Below are positions 52,988 to 64,000 of a stretch of DNA of 64,000 bases, piece after piece; the stretch's first letter is position 1; each line of letters opens with the position of its first letter. The notes below the pieces were generated by a model. It was not told the DNA's origin and did not search any database. It was given only the letters and a program-made list of their open reading frames with translations. A program made the position numbers and the translations under genes. The DNA is from Schmidtea nova (Eukaryota), in contig CM097882.1 of NCBI GenBank assembly GCA_044892505.1, positions 184,698,001 through 184,762,000 on the forward strand. The letters are read 5' to 3'.

Positions 52988-54799
52988 CTAAAAAATTATA
53001 CAATAATAACCCCTTCCAATCGTCACTTGACATTCAATTCCAAATATTCATTTTAAATCAATAAAACATAATCATTTTGATCGATGAACACTTATCGATT
53101 TTTCATAACCAACACAAAATTATTTCCATTCACACATTCATTATTGCTTACAATGTTTACCCTCAAATATACCATCGCCAACTCAGTTCAGTGATCGAAG
53201 AATCTTTGATCTATCACAAAATTTCGGGGTAATAAATTTTTCTTGAGTTGGACCCAACTATTATTAATTTCTGGGTGGTTTTGATTTTTTATATTTTTGT
53301 GTTGATAAATTTAACTAAAATTTCGCTTATCCCTTATACCTAATGTCTATCTTGCTTATTATAAATCTTTAGCATTTTATTAAAATTTATCATTTTGACT
53401 TTTCAAAAATTCACCGAGGCCCTAGCAACGGTATCAGTATAAAATGCTTAAATATTAAGTAAATTAGATTTAATTATTATCTATTAATTCCACATCCTTT
53501 ATATATTTTCAGATTTTAAATTTAATTTTAATTTAAGAAACTCAAATCGGGTCCGGATACCCTGAAAACAACGCTGTTCCCCCGTAAAAGGAAGGAACTA
53601 TATAAACGGGTTTCTAAATTAGACGATTTTTAATGGGTAATTTATATTATTAAATTTTATTTATTATAATGTTGTTTTATCGATTTTCTTGTTTATTTTT
53701 AGAAGAGAATCCCCTTAGAATTCGTTGGGAAAATTATCATTGGAATTGGTAACTTTTATTTTTGACGATTTAGCTCAAGATTTGATTTTTATTTGTAGCT
53801 TACTCCCCTTGATCGATATTCTGGCGGATAGACGGCTCTCAGTGGCTAACTTTACCAAATGTCACATCGTTTACTCGTTCAAAATTCTCATTGAACGAAT
53901 TACACCCCAAAATTTGGATCAATTTAATTTCGCAAATCAATGCCTCATTATCTCAATAGATGGAGATGCTCTACTATTCCAATGGAATTTCTCCAATGTC
54001 TGGAATTTTTACCTGATCGATGGACTATTATGACACCTATTATATTGGTATATTGTAATTTTATAAAGTGTTCTTTTTGATTTTTTCAAATTTTCAATAA
54101 TAAAAGTTTTAAGCATTTTTAACTTTTTAAATGTTAATGTCGATGTAATTATTATAAATTTTAAATGTGGATGACGATGCGTTATTTAAGAAACTATTTA
54201 GTTGACTCGTAAGATTTAGATGTGTTCTGTCGACTTATAAGCACGTCAACGATCGGTTTACATTTCCGCCTGCTATTTTACAAATTTTTCAATCTCTTTT
54301 GTGTAAGCGACTCATGATTATATCCGTTGTTCAGGGTAAATTTGATTGTGCTCGTGGTATTCCCATCAACTACTAGTTGAAGGCGATCTAGATACCCTTT
54401 CATGTTAATGGGTGTCTCGGTTACTACTTTCAGCTAGTATTCGTACGTGCCGTTGGATGTTGTAACTGTTCCCAATTGACTTCGATCTCCGAAACTTCAT
54501 TTTTTGGGTGTAGTAGATGATATGCAAAATGTGACCTAGATGTGAAGTTTACTATGAGTGATAGGAGTGGTTAATTACCCTGATCCGGTGAGTTAATGGG
54601 CAAGAATGAGGTATGATTTTGAAAGTTTGTATGCATCTATGTCCTTGTCGATTTTGTTACGAGTCTGTTTGGTGTGATTGCCTGTGAGGAACGGTTGAGC
54701 TGAACTAAGTAGTTTGATGAAAATGATATACTGAGTGCTTGGGAGTTTCCTGGATGTATGATGCTAACTAGCATAACTGTGCAGATTTTCTGCATGAAT

Positions 54800-56600
54800 T
54801 GTTTGTGTGTATATAATTGTTGAATACTATTGAATGATGCTATGTATGTGTGTATATTGTATTTTGAATAGATGTTACTTGTGTATTAGTATGGGTGATA
54901 CTATTGATTGGTATGGGTGTAATGAATTGCAAATTTGAATTATATGTGATTTTAAGGGGTATTTTATAAATAATAGTCATATTATATAAAATAAATTCCA
55001 GATTAAAATAATAATATGAATTTTTTCAATTTCTAAATTAATAAAAATAAATTTTATACTTTCTAGATTAATATTTTATATTTCCTAAATTAAAATAATA
55101 ATAATAACTTTATACAAATTTTAACTTTATGAATTCTTAAGATTTCGACAATAATAAACTTTCTGATTTTTACAATATACATGCTTAGGTTCGAGTTTTT
55201 GTAGTTTAAAAATTTTTCTATAAAATTTTGGATTTTATAAAATGATAAAATTTTCAATATAATAATAATATTTTCGATTTGAAATTTTTATGGGTTTCGA
55301 TATAATTTTTAATTTACAAATTCTTAGGAATTTTTTGGTTTACAATTTTTCATTTATAAAATTTTTGCAATATAATAAAAGGTAAATATTTATTTTTTGA
55401 TCAACACGAAATCCACATAATAATAAATTTTTATCCATAAATTTAGAAATCCAAATAAGCATTCAACCTAAAAGTTTTATATACTGAATAAAAATAAAAA
55501 TAAAATAAGTTATCAATTTTTTCACGAATAATTTTTTCGACATCGAGCAAAGTGAACTTCGGTTTCGTTCTAGCATGAATTTCCCAACCAAAGTGCGCGC
55601 GAATTTCTCGGGACACTTAACTTAGGAACTTCAGGCTCCCGAAAACAAGGTTCACTAGAAAATTATTTAGATGAGGAATGAGGTTCAATTCAGATCGATC
55701 AATACTTGTCTTAATAATTCATTTCATTTCGTGATCGTTATATCAGTTTTGAGCATTATTTCAATCGATTTTCCTTTCAGCATTAGCTTCCATTTACTTG
55801 CGTTTTCGGATAAGATGACGGTTGTTGCGAGAGCGAAGGTGACGACGAGTAAAATGTTCTTGCACAATTGTTTTTCATAATGGAAAAGACGTTACTGGAG
55901 AGATTGGTCTTTACGTTCACATGTGGTATTAGTTTTTAAAAGTTAAATATGTCAAAAATTATAAATTCGGATAAACTACATTTATTATAAATCGAATATC
56001 ATTAATATAACAACTTGCCTTTGGCCAAGCCACTGTTCCCCAGTTGGGATGAAGTGATCATGGATGGTTAGGCTATTCACCTGGACTCGGAAATATGGGC
56101 TGATCAATTTACGTATCGAACCAGCGATCCGCTCAGGCTACTTCCACCCGATCGGCACAAGGCCAGACACAGGCTTCAGGGGGTACGGGAGCAAAAAAAA
56201 TTTAATTAGTTTTATTTTGGTGCAATAAATATTAAAATGAACTTCAGTAAATCATGGGAACCTATGACGAGATTAAAATCAAAATAATAAAAAACAAAAT
56301 AACTTTCATTAAATATATAATAATTAAAATTGATTATGATACATATAGGCAATAAAATTTACAAATAATAAAATAATACCAGGTACGGGGTAACTGAAAG
56401 AGCATGCTGTTCAGTGACCCCGCACCGAACAAAAGAATGTTTCTTACCGAATTTTTCTTTTTTCCACAAATTTTTTAATTCAAAACAAAAATTTTTACTA
56501 AATTCTCCAAAAAAATTCTGCTTATTGCCATTTTGATGGCGGTATATATACCATCGATTTTCGTCACCTTCACCAGTGTAATAAAACAAATTATTCTAGA
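54800..56600 (+). repeat. Long diverged repeat; direct copy ~61550-63150, partial inverted copy ~57600-58470
   Basis: Shared blocks ATGGGTGTA..AATTGCAAA, GAGCGAAGGT..GACGAG and the 170-nt element. Confidence 0.7.
56018..56193 (+). ncRNA. ~170-nt structured repeat, copy 2
   Basis: See 51644-51797. Confidence 0.5.
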
Positions 56601-59600
56601 ATTTTCCTTTTCCTTTTTCTAATTTAATTCTAATGATTTTCCGAAATTTATATCCATATTTTTGTGTAATAATTTTTTACAAAACACCAATAATTTATTT
56701 TAATTCAAATTTTTTATTTTTGAATCGAAATTTGTTCGATTTGATTTAATTTACGATATTTCAATTACTATTAGTTCTTTTTATTGTTAATGTGAAATAT
56801 TTTGATAAAATCACAATTTTCGGCTTAAATTTTGTTAATTTTTCTGCATGAAGGTTTTATAACATAATTTCGTTTTTTATGGGTATTTTCAATGGGTTTT
56901 CCACCCATTCTAACTTTTAAACGTTCTTCTTTTGATGGCATTTGATTTTTCTCGAGGTTTCAATGTAAGGGCTTTCAGACTCACAGCTAGCGCGTTCTCT
57001 ACTGGTTGATGTGTTTTGAGTTCACTTCACCTTTTGTTGTTTTTCACCTAATCGTTTGGATTTTTAATGGATGTTTGGGTTAAAACTGAATCTTGCGCGC
57101 TCTCCACCTATGGGGTTATCGCTTTATTAAAACAGTTTGTGGTTTTTGCCCAATAAAACACACAGCTCGTTATTAACCTTCGCTTTCGCAAAACCTTTTA
57201 TCTCCTCAGAACTTATAAGCCAAATGGAGGTTGAAATTATGAAAATCGTTAAAAACAGATGCTCAATGGTCAATATAATTATCTAGATCACGACCGAAGA
57301 TGTGAATAATTATTGATTTATTTAAATCTAAACTCATAGAATTCAAAAATTATAAAATTACAAAGATTTGTTCAAAAACAACAGCTCAATGATCATTAGA
57401 AATGCTTCGAACTTGTGAATAAAAATTGATTCCATCTATTTGAACTTCATTAAACCGAAAATCCTTTGTAAAAATTTATAATTTATATTTAAAGATAATT
57501 TAATATATAAAATTTTTTTTTGAATTATTTAGATTGTGAAATTTGTGAAAAAAAAATTTATAGAGGTTTTAGATTTGGTTATAAAAATAAAAATTTACTT
57601 TTATAGATACCATGTTATGTAAAAATTATAATATAAAAATTATAAATCAAAATTTTTTCTAGAAATTCTTATATCAAACCTTGAATACTTGAAGGAATAC
57701 TTGAAAATTATAAGTCAAAAATTTTATTATTATATTAGAAATTTTATTATTTTATAAAATTCTAAATTTGAAATTTTGTAGAAAAATTTAATATTAATAT
57801 ATATGTATATCCTTAAAAAATAAAAATTAGAATTCAAAAATTTATTATCACATTATAAAAATTAGAAATTTTATTATTATATAACTTTTATAAAATTGTA
57901 AATTTAAAATTTGTAGAAAGTATTATAAAATTATTATATATTATTTTTATAAATTCCCGCACGATATCACAAAAATCATAATACATCCATATTTGCAAAT
58001 CAAAATCAATACATCCATACCATACAATAACACCATCAATATCTAATACCACATAAAAAACTTTATTTAAATATAATACACACACAACATCGGTTCACTC
58101 ATTAACATCTATCAGCATCACACATCCAGAAAATTCACACAAGAAATTCATTCAACAACATCTGTCTGCATCACACATCCAGAAAACTCCACATGCACTC
58201 AATCGTTCACAGCTATCAAGGAATTACTTATTTCACCCAACATACCATCGCATACAATCACAACAATAGGTCATTCATCTCCAATTTTTTGAAAACATAC
58301 AAAGTTGCATTCACTCCACCCCATCTCCTCGGAAAATATCAAAATACTACATCCATTGTAAAAATTTCTTTACACACCACAACATCCCTATTCACAAATT
58401 CATCAATCAGCATCCACATTTAACGCGGCACATGAGAATTTATTTCTCCACGCAACCATACAATTAACTCAACACATCATAAACCTGAGACAGCTCGATT
58501 CCTAGCATCATATTGTCACTCGTGATTTAGTAATATCTGAAGGTAACGTCTAACTCGTAGTCCATGGTCCCTCATAATGTTACGGAACTATTACACTACC
58601 TACCTTACTGATAAAACCTTAAATTTTAAAACACTGATGACTAATTATGTTACCTTTATGAATGCCAAGTTTATACATAAAAAGTAAAAATGAAACAAAT
58701 ATTTTCATTGATAAAATTTTATTATAAAATAACTTTTTATTAACCTGACAGAATGTCAAATTTCATAACATGACTTTAATGTTCACATAAATAAAAGATT
58801 TTTTTAAATTTAAAATGCACCACAGTCCAGTGAAGAGGAGGAGATGGAAACGCTAGTGATGGCATTTCATCGACAAAATTGTTGAGACATGCTTATGAGA
58901 TCATACATACATCTTGTGAATTTGTCTAGCGACGGAGCCTCATCCCAGTGAGGTTTTCTGAATAAAAACATGCATTGATTCCTGAGTGGTATTATGTTAG
59001 ACAGAAGACATCACATGAAGATATCTCTGTGTTTTACTTCCTGTGATGGACAAGAGTCAGTTCACTCTCACCACAATCAACATAATAATGCAGGAGGGCG
59101 GTTCGATTCATTTCTAGACAGATTTATGAATTCCATATTACACATTAGGGGTAGAGAGCTCGTTTGTTTTCAGAAGGAGAATTCGCTGTGGGAGAGACCA
59201 TTCAGCCAAGATGGAAGCAAATGATTATTTCCAGGCCAGACAGGCAAAATTTAAAGTATCTATAATAACAAATTATTTTATATATAGAAAAAATATACAT
59301 ACCTACTGCAGATTAGGACAAAGAAAAAAGAACGGTCATAAATAATGGGCCTTTACTACACCGTGTTTCAATGAATGCGTTCAACTATAATGCACAACAC
59401 AACACACAAAAAACCTATAATGAAAAGTACAAACACATGGACATAATTTAAGTGACAGTCTTTAATTAAGGGATTTTAAAATTAAAAAAATCATGATTTA
59501 TGAAGATATTTCAGAAACTTTTTTGGAATCAATTGTTTTATTTATTGGAGAGGATCAAGAAGAAATGTAAACTTACAATTATATTAAAAGATTTTTAAAA

Positions 59601-60569
59601 AATATTTTTAGAAATGCAGAAAATGAAGCTTTAATGCCTCAAATGGCCGAAACTGTAAAGAAAACATCGAAAAACGTAAAACAAATTTGAATTTTTAATT
59701 TAAAATTTTATAGATAATCTGAACATGACAAAATATTACTAAAAGTAATGAAACGGCGTGAAAATTATGAAGAATTCGACAAGCAAATGGGTTTGAACCT
59801 AAAATTATTAGACATAAAGTCGAGATATAAAAAACTGACATTCTTACAGAAGGGAAAAGAGGCAGATAAAATGTTAGCATAATAATTGAAGAAAATGGAA
59901 TACAATGAATTGATTGTGTGGACCACAATTGTTGGATTATTTTGGAAGAAATGATAAACTTCTTGGATACAATTAGCTGTCATGTATACACAAAAACAAT
60001 ATCCAAATGTTTAAAAGATAAGCTGATAAAATTATAAAGACTTACTTTTTTCTCTATTTCCTAAATATCCTAAAATATCTAGTTAAAATAAATTGGTATT
60101 TAACTTAAAATATTAAATAAATTTAAAATATGTTAAAATACCTTAATTACATAGCTAAAAAATTAAATTAAAAAAAGTAAATAATAAGTAATAATAAATA
60201 CCAACTGCCTGTATTAAGTGTCTTTGTGGCCATTAATTACAGACTGTTGGTGTACAAATGAGGAATTCGAATCTAAAAATAGATGGACATAGAAAATTTC
60301 AATTAATAAATTTCAATATAGAAATTAAGTTAACTTACCGAAAATTAACCAATGAGAAGGCATGGATTTTGTTTATCTTTTATATAGTATCTACCCTTAT
60401 AGGAGGTTCGTAGACGTTCCTGACGGGTAGGGGAGTGATTTTGGTTCGCGTTCCTAAATTAAAGTATAATTTTTAACTCAAATGTATATCAATAAAACCC
60501 GTCGAGCTTGCAACAAAAAATTGTAAATTAATCGATCAAACCTTTTTAAAGAAAATATTTATTTTTCTC

Positions 60570-61453
60570 GTTAACCGCCACTAAGGCCTCGGCGAGAATT
60601 TAATCGTGAAAATTATTAAGATTACATTTATTTTAATGGTTAATAAATTTTAACTAGCAAGATAGACATTAGGTATAGGGGATAAATAGAGTTTAATAAA
60701 ATTTATTAACACAAAAATATAGGAAATTAAAAACATCAGGAAAATAATAGTAGTTTGATCAAAAACAATAAAAATCAATTACCCCGAATATCAGCGTCGA
60801 TAAAAGATTGTTCGATCCCCGAATTGAGATTGTGATACGATGTTTGAGTATGAGCTTGGGAATAAACTAAAAATCCGAATATGCTTGTTTTCTTTTGATA
60901 ATGTAATGTGTAGCAGCTGATGGAAATAATTTATTTTATTACGCTTTAGATTTTGATCAAAGAAATCGAGAATTCAGTGACAGTAAGGTGCGAAAACGTC
61001 CCGGAAAACCCAAAGAACTTTAACACTCCTTGTACGAATGATTTTATTGATTCTATTCTGTTTGTTCTTGTGTTGTGCATCATAAATGGGTCATTACATG
61101 AATTATTAATGTTTTGATGTTAAAGAATGTTTTATTTTGATGTGATAATATACTTATATCGATGAAGATTATTTATTTTGAAATTCCGATTAAAATATTG
61201 TAGATAAATCATTGAGGAAGGGACAAAATGGGCATCAAACTTTCTATCGGTAGCCCTTGGACCCAGGAGATATTTGGTCAATCATAGTTTCGAATTTTCG
61301 ACGCTCACTGATTGCGAATACCCACACATTTGTTGCAATACCAACGTTGCATTGTGACGGGCAACAAGATGGTTAATCTAATGTTTTGTATGTTGAGTTG
61401 TTGATGTGAGCCATAGCAACGTCAAGGTCATATTGACGATCAACAACCCACCA
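60570..61453 (+). repeat. Diverged inverted copy of 51961-53420, ending in the CCA-terminated structure (61213-61453)
   Basis: GCAAGATAGACATTAGGTATA, TTACCCCGAA and CTATCGGTAGCCCTTGGACCCAGGAGATATT shared; ORF-B part largely lost. Confidence 0.8.
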
Positions 61454-62454
61454 ATCAGTTTAACTTAATTCATATAATAGTGATAATGACGTTTATTATA
61501 ATAACGGAAAATGAAGAGATGGATGTGAATGAATGACTTTGGTGTGGGTTTTCTGGATGTGACATGCTGTGAGTGGGATACTAATGAGTGAAATGATATA
61601 ATTTATAGGTATTTACAGATGAATAAATTTGATGTGCGGTATTAGCTATGGATGGTGTTAATGAATGGTATGGGTGTATTAATTTGCAAAAATTGTTTTA
61701 TGAATTATTTATAGTTTTAGGTGGAGTATTTTATTCAATATTATGAATATATAAAATAATTTCATCAATTTTATAAAGTAATAATCGATTTTATTATTTA
61801 TAAATTTTCCTAAATAAATTGAGATAAATTAAATTTGGAATTTTATAAAATTCTTACAACAATAAACTTTTGATTAATAATTTTCTACGTAAATTAGAAT
61901 ACATTTAAATTTAAATTTTTATAAAATTTATATGATAAAACTTTTAGAATTTGAATTTTTATATATTATAATTTGAATCTAAGACTTTTCATATCATATT
62001 ATTTTCAATAATAGGTTTTAGCAAAAAAATAATTTCGATCGTATATGAATTCTCCAAGCAAAGTGTACATAAAATTTCCGAGACACTTCACTCGGAAAAT
62101 ACTCGAAATTATGGTTAAAATTAAACAATTTTTAGGAATAATTTGTATAATCTAATACGATCTAAACACATCTACTACTCTTTGAACTGCTATTTAGAAG
62201 ATTTTCATAAATTCGATTTTTCTCAATGACTTTGTGATTTATTCCCTGATGAGGTGAAAAAGATGTTCATATGAGCGAAGGTTGGTGACGAGATGGATGT
62301 ATGATTCAACGACTTTCAATACAGTTCGACATCAAAATACTATATTGTTACGAAATATTAACTTGCATCATATTGCCGGTAAGGTATGTATCAAAATATA
62401 TAATTCACATAAATACACTAGTATAATTCATTATCGTTAGTATAACAACGTTGT

Positions 62455-62639
62455 CCTTGGCCAAGCCACTGTTCCCCAACATCAACGTATGGGATGAAGT
62501 GATCATGGATTGGTGGGCTTTACCTTTGATAGAAATATAGGCTGGTTCATTGACAGGCTTCAACGAAACAGCGATCTACTCAGGCTACTTCCATCAGCAC
62601 AGCTCATGAGCCGGACTGACTTCAGAATGTATGGGAGTA
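62455..62639 (+). ncRNA. ~170-nt structured repeat, copy 3
   Basis: See 51644-51797. Confidence 0.5.
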
Positions 62640-64000
62640 AAAAATAAGTTATTTAGTTACAATAATCATACGGTCGATAACTTGATAACTTTAGTAAAAT
62701 GAGTTGACGTGACAGAGTTTAAAAAAACGAATTTCATATATCAAAAAAATCGAAATCAAAATAAAAACAATCTAAATTAAAATCACTATAATTATTTTTA
62801 CTATTTCAGATTTAGATAAAGGTTATAAAATGAAATTATCATAATGAAATAATGCACATATAAGTTAAAGATAAAATAAAATACCCGGTATGGTAAATGA
62901 AGCATGATCACCAACCATGCTTTAAAATCATGAAGCTTACATCAAAAACCTTTTCTTTTTTTTGGGACAATTGATGACTTTGGAAAAAAACCTTGTTGTG
63001 TTACGAATTCTGAAAACTGTTGAGAGTTTTCGGTTGGTGTTTGAAAAAGTTTCTTGGTAGTTTGAGATTCTGAGAAGGTAAATAAAATTCTAATTGCGTA
63101 ACAAATTTTTTTTTCGGCCAAGGTTCCGCTAAAATAGAACTTTGCACCGGCCGGTTGTATGAAATTCTGACGATTTCAATTTTTTGGCGTTATTTATAGA
63201 ATGTTTTGTGTGTTGTTTTCATTGATACAGTAAAACAAATTGTTCTAGAAAAAGTTTTCGACTTTTCGAAAATTAATTTTAATAATTTTAAGCAAAATTG
63301 AATTATTATTTTTGCATAAAATTTTAAATAAAACTTTAAATAATTTATTTTTAATCTAACAATTTTCTTTTAATTTTTCTTTTATCTAAAATACAAAGTT
63401 TTTTCTAATTTAGTTTTTTTCTAATTCTTTCATATTTTATAAGTTTTTAAGATGAAAATCGAAATTTTCATTATAAAAATATGTTATTTTTTTAAATTTT
63501 AAATTTTGTGTTATATATGTGTTTTTATCATGTATATTTGATGCGCTTTTGTTCATTTTAATTTTTAAACGTGTTTTATTTAATTATTTCGGTGTTTTGT
63601 GATTACTATGTTTTACTTGGTGTTTTAGCTCTTAGAATTTTAAATTTACTTCTTGCGCGCTCTCTGCGTGCTGTGTTACCACTTCATTCAAATAACTCTC
63701 AGTTTTTGCCAAATACTATGTTGGTACTGTAGATGGATGTACAAGAACCAATGAGCAGGTGAGCTTCGTTACCAAAATTACTTTTCACTGCATTCTCCTT
63801 TCGGGTTCCTGGCTGGCGGTAGAATGTCTCAGGCTAATGATTTCATCTTTCAAGGTCCATTCAATTATCGTTATGTATCTTTTGAACATCATTTGCTACT
63901 AGTTGGGTCCTTCATTCAATCGTCTGCATTATACATCCATTCTTTTTTACATCAACTACAGAAAAACCCGTTTCCATGATGTGTTCCATTAATCGAATAC

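Noticed and set aside
56021-56050. HDV-like ribozyme reading of GGCCAAGCCACTGTTCCCCAGT
   Set aside because: Putative P3 pairing is lost in the other two copies.
58800-59990. Coding-like composition with short ORFs
   Set aside because: Many stops and no motif I could recognise.
62240-62262. CTGATGAGGTGAAA hammerhead-like core
   Set aside because: No stem II and not conserved in the paralogous region at ~55.8 kb.
1-64000. rRNA, tRNA and CRISPR arrays
   Set aside because: None recognisable.

Overview
AT-rich, gapped scaffold (six N-runs) from a eukaryote, most likely an invertebrate animal with short (~45-60 nt) introns; the species cannot be determined by eye. Only one apparently intact host gene is visible: an RBM26/27-type gene (minus strand, ~37.5-44.1 kb). 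The rest is nested mobile DNA and gene fragments. These include a complete decayed hAT transposon, a Tigger/pogo fragment, two CsRn1-type Gypsy remnants and a decayed Polinton/Maverick (ATPase, integrase, capsid, TBP-like gene). There is also a 10.4-kb near-palindromic element with Polinton-type ends and a perfect 6-bp TSD, a foldback/MULE-like insertion, and fragments of filamin, SAPS, SUMO-like, CYLD-like and NOP9-like genes. The most unusual signal is an unrecognised multi-copy unit (10.6-13.5 kb, 47.5-50.3 kb, 52-53.4 kb, 60.6-61.5 kb). It has a conserved CCAAT/TATA promoter, novel co-oriented ORFs (Trp-rich and coiled-coil/Arg-rich) and a covarying structured 3' region ending in CCCACCA, often followed by a second ~170-nt structured repeat. 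All translations and alignments were done by eye; no database searches were run, and coordinates of decayed features are approximate.
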